Origin: Candidatus Saccharimonadota bacterium
GTDB lineage: Bacteria; Patescibacteriota; Patescibacteriia; 2-12-FULL-60-25
Reading direction: 5' to 3'
DNA: 32,000 bases
NCBI GenBank assembly: GCA_023898425.1
Contig: CP060222.1
Location: 60,001-92,000, forward strand
Positions 31,870 through 32,000 of this stretch are shown here, piece by piece. The notes under the pieces were generated by a model. That model worked only from the letters and a program-made list of their open reading frames with translations. It ran no database searches and was not told where the DNA came from. Numbering within the stretch: position 1 is the first letter of the stretch; the number at the start of each line of letters is the position of its first letter. A program made the translations under genes and the position numbers.

Positions 31870-32000
31870 ATGAAAAAGGTCCATCGTTTTTTTGCGGACC
31901 TCTCTTGGCAAGGCAAACAGGGAGAGATCCTTGATCACGAGACAGTCCATCAGCTGTCTCGTGTTTTGCGTATCAAACCAGGAGAAGAGCTTGTTATTCT
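31870..32000 (+). CDS. rsmE: 16S rRNA (uracil1498-N3)-methyltransferase RsmE, N-terminal fragment (continues past the right edge)
   Basis: My translation from the ATG at 31870 is MKKVHRFFADLSWQGKQGEILDHETVHQLSRVLRIKPGEELVI. This matches the RsmE PUA-like N-terminus (RFF...H.L..VLR.K.GE.L.I). Confidence 0.65.
   Translation, partial: MKKVHRFFADLSWQGKQGEILDHETVHQLSRVLRIKPGEELVI

Overview
This 32 kb window comes from a bacterium that uses the standard genetic code (TGA ends several intact genes). The compact same-strand gene strings, class III RNR, bacterial Elp3 and giant surface proteins suggest a small-genome CPR/Patescibacteria-like organism; that lineage call is inference only.

Positions 1-18.3 kb carry housekeeping and accessory genes:
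- a partial sugar-transferase-like membrane gene, a XerC/D recombinase and a MazG-like gene
- tRNA-Arg(UCU), an SPFH protein and tRNA-His(GUG)
- NUDIX, HIT, YdjM-like and DoxX-like genes
- nrdD-nrdG, preceded by two NrdR boxes, a Com-like zinc-ribbon leader ORF and a hairpin plus U-tract
- pirin and a vWA-like gene
- Elp3, divergently paired with a Trm9-like methyltransferase
- a gene string of ruvB, small TM protein, PH-domain protein, C39-like peptidase and CAP-domain protein
- DedA

Positions 18.4-29.4 kb hold two tandem surface-protein genes of about 1,800 aa, separated by tRNA-Leu(UAA). Their double YVTN-type beta-propeller heads have diverged. Their C-terminal ~3 kb is nucleotide-identical except for one diverged patch, four 1-nt homopolymer differences and a synonymously recoded (TP)13 array. 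That shared part contains InlB-B-like, FN3-like, Pro-rich and CarboxypepD_reg-like domains, TM segments and the (TP)13 tail.

The window ends with class II fba, a PfkB-family kinase, a YtxH-like gene and the start of rsmE.

Main caveat: at least 12 sites look like 1-nt homopolymer contractions that break otherwise intact genes. This points to assembly error rather than real pseudogenes.
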